Part shown: piece by piece, positions 59,066 through 64,000 of the stretch | Layout of the letters: every line of letters starts with the position of its first letter | How positions within the stretch are numbered: position 1 is the first letter of the stretch | Origin: Candidatus Latescibacterota bacterium | GTDB lineage: Bacteria > Latescibacterota > UBA2968 > UBA8231 | NCBI GenBank assembly: GCA_964291625.2 | Contig: OZ220089.1 | Span: forward strand, 4,704,001 to 4,768,000 | Reading direction: 5' to 3' | Length of the DNA: 64,000 nt | Notes under the pieces: model-generated | Seen by the model: the letters and a program-made list of their open reading frames with translations, nothing else | Told to the model about the DNA's origin: nothing | Database searches by the model: none | Position numbers and translations under genes: made by a program

Positions 59066-60562
59066 ATGATCCTCGCCATCGCCCGCAAGGAGTTCCTCCA
59101 GGCCCTGCTGACCCTGCGCTTCGCCGTGGGGCTGATCCTGTGCGTCGTCGCCGTGGCCGCCGGCACCCTGGCCATGATCGAGGACTACGACTCGCGCCGG
59201 GAGGCCTGGCTGCAGCAGGTCGGGGAGTACGACGCCGAGGTGCTGGAGAAGGAGGGGCCGTACGCCCGGCTGGTCTGGGATCTCAAGGCCTTCCGCGAGC
59301 CCCGGCAGCTGGCCGTGTTCAGCGTCGGCTCCGACCGCTGGCAGGGCAACCAGGTCCGGGTCACCCACCACGAGGTGCCGGTGCGGTCGCAGTGGCTGGG
59401 CGTCTCCAACCCCTACATGGTCCTCTTCCGCACCGTCGACCTGTCCCTCATCGTGCAGATCATCCTCGGCCTGCTGGCCCTGCTCTTCGCCCACGACGCG
59501 GTCTGCGGCGAGCGCGAGCGGGGGACCTTGCGGCTCATGCTGGCCAACCCCGTGGCCCGGGACCAGGTCCTGCTCGGCAAGGCGGCCGGACACCTGGGCC
59601 TGCTCATGGTGCTGCTGGCCGTGACCTACGTGGTGGGCCTGCTCTTCGTGCAGATCTCGCCCGCCCTCCACCTCGGGGCCGGCGAGGTCGGCCGGGTGGC
59701 CCTCATGCTCGCCGCCTCCGGCCTCTACGTGGCGGCCATGTACGCGGCCGGCCTGCTGCTGTCGATCTGCACGCGGCGCTCGGCCACGGCCCTCGTCCTG
59801 GCCGTCTTCGGGTGGCTCCTGGGCGCCGCCGTCTATCCCAACGTCGTCGGCTTCGGCGTCGACGCCTGGGCCCGTGCGCGCCTGTCGGTGGAGTCGGCCG
59901 AGGACCTGCAAGGCCAGCTGCACGAGAGCTTCGGCGAGTGGATCGGCCGGCGCGGCGAGCGCGAGGGTCTGGTCAGCGAATGGGGGGTGGTGAACTTCGG
60001 ATCGTCGGTCTCGACCGGCGGCTGGGACGAGCCCCGGGGCTACGCGGTGGGCTCGCTCCCCCAGGACGCGGAGGCGGCCGAGGTCGAGGCCAGGGTGCGG
60101 CAGCTGACCTCCCTGTTCGCCGACGTCGAGCAGCAGCGCACCGCCTACGCGGACCGGGTGTGGCGGGAGGCCTGGGAGCCGCTGGAGAGAGGGATGAAGG
60201 ACCTCCACGCGGTGGCCGCGGGGCTGTCCCTGCTCTCCCCGGCGGGCGCCCACGGCCGGGCCACGGCGGCCCTGGCCCGCACCGACCGCGGCGACTACTG
60301 GCGCTTCCTGGAGTCGGCGCGGGGCTACCGGGGCCAGTTGATCGCCTTCTACGAGCAGCAGGGCTGGTTCGGGTCCCGGGAGTGGTGGGACCAGACGATG
60401 GAGGCCACCCTCGAGCACCTGCCGCGCTACCGCGAGCCGGGCGGTTCCCTCGCCGGGAGCCTGGCCCGCGCCTCGGGGCCGCTGCTGGTCCTGGCCGGCT
60501 TCGCCGCCGCCGCCTTCCTGGCCGCGTACTGGCGGTTCCGGCGCTACGACCTGGCGGCCTGA
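59066..60562 (+). CDS. ABC-2 type transporter permease
   Basis: IARKEF, DAVCGERERGTLRLML.NPV.R..LLGK, multiple TM segments. Confidence 0.88.
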   Translation: MILAIARKEFLQALLTLRFAVGLILCVVAVAAGTLAMIEDYDSRREAWLQQVGEYDAEVLEKEGPYARLVWDLKAFREPRQLAVFSVGSDRWQGNQVRVTHHEVPVRSQWLGVSNPYMVLFRTVDLSLIVQIILGLLALLFAHDAVCGERERGTLRLMLANPVARDQVLLGKAAGHLGLLMVLLAVTYVVGLLFVQISPALHLGAGEVGRVALMLAASGLYVAAMYAAGLLLSICTRRSATALVLAVFGWLLGAAVYPNVVGFGVDAWARARLSVESAEDLQGQLHESFGEWIGRRGEREGLVSEWGVVNFGSSVSTGGWDEPRGYAVGSLPQDAEAAEVEARVRQLTSLFADVEQQRTAYADRVWREAWEPLERGMKDLHAVAAGLSLLSPAGAHGRATAALARTDRGDYWRFLESARGYRGQLIAFYEQQGWFGSREWWDQTMEATLEHLPRYREPGGSLAGSLARASGPLLVLAGFAAAAFLAAYWRFRRYDLAA

Positions 60563-60609
60563 GGAGTGTCGATGAGTCACCGGAAGGTCCGAAGCCTGGA
60601 GGAGCGGCC

Positions 60610-62046
60610 GTGATCGCGGCGATCCTGCGCCGCGAGCTGGCCGACCACCTCACCAGCCTGCGCTTCGCCCTGACCCTGCTGATCACGGCGGCCCTCATGG
60701 CGGTGAACGGCGTCGTCTTCAGCGGCTCCGGCCGCGACCGGGCCCAGGAGCGGTACCAGGACCAGCTGAACTCCGCCGAGGACCGGCTCGAAGGGCTCGC
60801 CGGCACTCTCGGCGAGCTGGCGGTCAAGGGACCCGGGGCGCTGGCCAAGCGGCCGAGCCCCCTCTCCTTCGTCGCCTTCGGCCGCGAGGACTTCCTGCCC
60901 GCCACGATCACGGCGCAGACGACCAGCACCTACGGCGGCAACTGGGGCTTCATGATCGACATGCCGTGGAGCCTGGACTACCAGGAGCCGGCCGCCCCTC
61001 CCGCCGCCGGCGTCGTCCCCGACTTCGTCGAGGTCGACTGGGTCTTCATCGTCGGCTTCTGCCTCAGCCTCATGGCCCTGCTGCTCACCTACGACGGCGT
61101 CTGCGGCGAGCGCCGGGAGGGCACCCTCATGCTCGCCCTCTCGGGGCCGGTGCCGCGCTCCAGCCTGCTGCTGGGCAAGTTCGCCGCCGCCTGGATCGTC
61201 CTCGCCGCGGCCCTCACCGTGGGGGTCGTCCTCAACCTGCTCGTCCTCGGCCTGGCCGGCCCCGTCGAGTTGGGCACCGACCTCTTCCTGCGCCTCGCCC
61301 CCGTCCATCTCGCCTGCCTGCTCTACCTCGCCTGCTTCGTCGGCCTCGGGCTGCTGGTCTCCTGCCTGAGCGAGCGGCCCTCCTCGGCCCTGGTGGTGCT
61401 GCTGCTGGTGTGGACGGTGCTGCTCGTGCTGCTGCCGAACACGGTCTCCGGGGCGGTGAGCTACTTCCAGGAGCCGCGGATGGACTGGCGCAGCCACCAC
61501 TCGCAGCGGCAGGCCCTGGTCGAGGAGCATCAGCTCTGGCGCAAGACCAGCCCCGTCGAGCCGGGCGAGCGTCCTCCCGCCGAGTTCGTGGCCGAGTTCA
61601 GCGACTTCCTGCGCCAGCGCCTGCAGCTGGACCGGGGGTTCTCCGAGGAGCAGCTGCGGCGTCAGCTCGAGCCGGTCGAGGCGGGCGCCCTCGTCAACCG
61701 CGTCAGCCCCTACGGCATCCTCCAGTACGCCCTGGAGTCGCTGGCCGGGACGGGCCTGCCCCGGCACCTGGGCTTCATCGAGGCCGCGCGCCGCCATGCC
61801 CTGGACTTCCGCCGCTTCACCCAGGAGCGCGACCAGGCCGACCCGGACAGCTACCACCTCTTCGGGCTCGCCCCGGGCCTGTCGGAGCGGCCCGTGCCGG
61901 TGGAGGCGATCCCCCGCTTCGGAGAGCCGCTCTCGGCTGGAGCGGTGCTGGCCGCCGCCTCGACCGACCTGGCGCTGCTGGCCCTGTTCGCGCTGCTGGC
62001 CTTCATGGCGGCCAACATCGCCTTCCTGCGTTCGGAGATCGACTGA
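60610..62046 (+). CDS. ABC-2 type transporter permease (paralogue)
   Basis: ILRREL, YDGVCGERREGTL.L.LS.PV.R..LLGK. GTG start after GGAGG. Confidence 0.88.
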   Translation: MIAAILRRELADHLTSLRFALTLLITAALMAVNGVVFSGSGRDRAQERYQDQLNSAEDRLEGLAGTLGELAVKGPGALAKRPSPLSFVAFGREDFLPATITAQTTSTYGGNWGFMIDMPWSLDYQEPAAPPAAGVVPDFVEVDWVFIVGFCLSLMALLLTYDGVCGERREGTLMLALSGPVPRSSLLLGKFAAAWIVLAAALTVGVVLNLLVLGLAGPVELGTDLFLRLAPVHLACLLYLACFVGLGLLVSCLSERPSSALVVLLLVWTVLLVLLPNTVSGAVSYFQEPRMDWRSHHSQRQALVEEHQLWRKTSPVEPGERPPAEFVAEFSDFLRQRLQLDRGFSEEQLRRQLEPVEAGALVNRVSPYGILQYALESLAGTGLPRHLGFIEAARRHALDFRRFTQERDQADPDSYHLFGLAPGLSERPVPVEAIPRFGEPLSAGAVLAAASTDLALLALFALLAFMAANIAFLRSEID

Positions 62047-62048
62047 GG
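61949..62048 (+). repeat. 100-bp direct repeat, copy 1 (3' end of the permease gene)
   Basis: Identical to 62736-62835. Imperfect similarity extends about 25 bp further upstream. Confidence 0.92.
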
Positions 62049-62094
62049 CGGGTTGAATCCCGGGAGGGGCGGGGTGTCGGTCGCGGGGCACCGG

Positions 62095-62400
62095 TCATGC
62101 CGGCTGGTACCGCTGAACATCGATCTCGTCGGCCCGTGCCCGCATTTGCGTCGCGTCGTGCCAGGCCTGCATCCGCAGCAGCAGGTCCATGCTGAGGTCG
62201 AACGCCTTCTCGACTCGCAAGGCCATTTCGGGCGACAGCGAGGCGTTCCCGTTCACCAGGTCGGAGAGCGTCGCACGACGCACGCCGAGAATCCGCGCCG
62301 CCGCCGACACGCTCAACCCCAACTCCTCAAGGGCCTCGATCCGGATGAAGGTGCCGGGATGCGGGGGAGTCATCCCCATCTTGATGCCGCTGCTGGTCAT
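62095..62400 (-). CDS. higA: HigA family antitoxin (HTH)
   Basis: PPHPG.FIR, LSVSAAA..LGV.R.TLS.LVNG...LSPEMALR..KAF. Confidence 0.92.
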   Translation of the reverse strand: MTSSGIKMGMTPPHPGTFIRIEALEELGLSVSAAARILGVRRATLSDLVNGNASLSPEMALRVEKAFDLSMDLLLRMQAWHDATQMRARADEIDVQRYQPA

Positions 62401-62441
62401 CAGTGGTAATCCTCCAGGTTCACGCGCTCGATGCCGTCGTC
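62400..62441 (-). pseudogene. 3' remnant of a HigB (RelE-like) toxin
   Basis: ...DDGIERVNLEDYH* with TGATG overlap to higA. The upstream in-frame sequence is not HigB-like. Confidence 0.7.
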
Positions 62442-62735
62442 ATGACGTGTATGTGTACCGGCATAGCCGTGCATAGGGCAAGCGGCCGGATGGGCGCAGC
62501 CTGAGCCGGGCATCCCGCCCTGGGGGTGTACGTCTGTCGCCGGGAGTCGGCAGCACCGTGACAGGTGGCCTGCCGTGCGCCTCGCCGCGCGGCGACCGCC
62601 GGCCATGGCCTGGCAATGACCTCGTGCGCAGCACTCAGTTACGGGAGCCCGAGCGGCGCTTTGAGCGAACCAGTTCGAACGCTTCCGAACCCCGAAAACC
62701 GGTGAGCGTCGAGCCGCTCTCGGCCGGCTCGGCGG

Positions 62736-62835
62736 TGGCCGCCGCCTCGACCGACCTGGCGCTGCTGGCCCTGTTCGCGCTGCTGGCCTTCATGGCGGCC
62801 AACATCGCCTTCCTGCGTTCGGAGATCGACTGAGG
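62736..62835 (+). repeat. 100-bp direct repeat, copy 2 (orphan permease 3' end)
   Basis: Identical to 61949-62048. Confidence 0.92.
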
Positions 62836-63068
62836 GCGGACGCGCCTCCGGCCGCCGGCTTCGGGCCGAAGCGGCCTGGGATGCGCTCGGCGAGCCTGCC
62901 GGCCAGGAGCGGGTGGATTCGGAAGGACGCCCGGGGTACCTTCCTGTCACCCCCCGCGGCGGCGGTCCGGCCCCTTCCGGCCGCAGCCGACACGCTCCCG
63001 TTCACCCCGGGAGCCCTCCCCCGAACTCGCCCCATCCCCCGCCCCCACGCCGAGAGGCGGCTGTACCC

Positions 63069-64000
63069 ATGCGTGTTCCGCAGACCCTTCCCCCCGGGCC
63101 GGCCTTGGCCGGCGCCCTCGGCCTCCTGATACTCGCCGCGGTCGCCCCGGCCTCGGCGCAGACCCTGCCGGCCGAGACCCATCCGAGCCTGCTCTTCACC
63201 TCCGCCGACGTTGCCGAGCTCCGCGAGCGCATCGGCCGGGAGCCGTACGCGACCTGGTGGCGAACCGTGCGCGAGCGGGCGGACTCCGTGCCGTCGAGCC
63301 TCTCCGAGGAGCGGCAGAAGGTCCGTTATGCCAAGAGCGCCGCCTTCGCCTGGCAGATCACCGGCGACGAGGGCTACGGGCGGCAGGCGGTGGATCTGCT
63401 CCTCGACGTCCGCTTCCCGCCCCGGGGAGGGGACCTGGGGGAGGCCCACGCCGAGGGCGAGGTGGCGGCCCAGTACGCCGCCGCCTACGACATGATCCAC
63501 GAGTACGCCGCCGGCGACCCCGCCGAGCTCGAGGAGGTCCGGGCGATCCTGGCGGAGGAGGCCCAGCGCATCTTCGAGGGCATCGTGGTCAGGGAGGTGA
63601 ACCTCGGGCTGGTGACCCTCAAGATCCGCCTCCACGACACCCCGGACCCGCGCAATCCGCTGAGGCTGATCCTGAACAACTGGCACGTGCGCGCCTACGC
63701 CGGCCTCGGACTGGCGGCCATGGCCCTGTCCGACCACCCCGGCGGGGAGAACACCCCCCAGGAGTGGGCGGACCACGCCTTCGACCTGGTGACCCGCACC
63801 CTGTGGCAGCAGATCGACGACGAGGACGGGAGCTGGGCCGAGGGGCCCTTCTACAGCCGCTACGCCGCCGACGTCTACCTGCCCTGGATGTACGCCCTGC
63901 GCAACCTCACGGGGGTCGACCTCTTCGCCGACCCGCAGGTCGAAGCGATGCACCGGTGGTCCCTCAACCTGCGCCTGCCCAGCGGCCGCCGCCCCAACAT
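63069..64000 (+). CDS. Secreted heparinase II/III / alginate lyase-like protein, runs off the window
   Basis: Manual translation: signal peptide, HPSLLFT.ADV.ELR.RI, YDMI, NNW, DGSWAEGP.Y..Y. Confidence 0.75.
   Translation, partial: MRVPQTLPPGPALAGALGLLILAAVAPASAQTLPAETHPSLLFTSADVAELRERIGREPYATWWRTVRERADSVPSSLSEERQKVRYAKSAAFAWQITGDEGYGRQAVDLLLDVRFPPRGGDLGEAHAEGEVAAQYAAAYDMIHEYAAGDPAELEEVRAILAEEAQRIFEGIVVREVNLGLVTLKIRLHDTPDPRNPLRLILNNWHVRAYAGLGLAAMALSDHPGGENTPQEWADHAFDLVTRTLWQQIDDEDGSWAEGPFYSRYAADVYLPWMYALRNLTGVDLFADPQVEAMHRWSLNLRLPSGRRPN

Noticed and set aside
62400-62606. Intact 68-aa HigB toxin
   Set aside because: Only the last ~13 residues are HigB-like. The rest lacks RelE/HigB features.

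Overview
High-GC bacterial chromosomal window. Secreted proteins ending in 'YPNPF(N)'/FlgD-like tails, many Gfo/Idh/MocA oxidoreductases, and DUF362 and heparinase-like proteins suggest an FCB-group organism such as Latescibacterota (inference only). The backbone carries ispG, a DegT-WbqC-GT4 glycan cluster, a Tat Mo-oxidoreductase, a fused indolepyruvate ferredoxin oxidoreductase, queE/PCD/folE, a large S8 protease, groES-groEL behind a clear sigma54 promoter, a heptose (hddA-gmhA-transaldolase) operon divergent from two GT-C membrane glycosyltransferases, mtaB-miaB, mltG-pcrA and two ABC permeases. Notable accessory features: (1) a lower-GC island (about 41.4-47.9 kb) encoding ParB/Srx-like, SNF2 helicase, DUF3883 nuclease, Dam-like MTase and NucS-like nuclease genes, a candidate undescribed defence system; (2) a three-gene split AddAB/AdnAB-like module (degenerate helicase, active UvrD helicase, stand-alone 4-Cys PD-(D/E)XK nuclease); (3) an IS3-family element inserted in the last codons of miaB, with a reconstructable target duplication and the new miaB stop overlapping the transposase start; (4) a lone low-GC UDG-superfamily-like gene after pcrA; (5) an orphan higA with a higB remnant between 100-bp perfect direct repeats. 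No tRNA, rRNA or CRISPR array was seen. All family calls come from motif recognition, not database searches.
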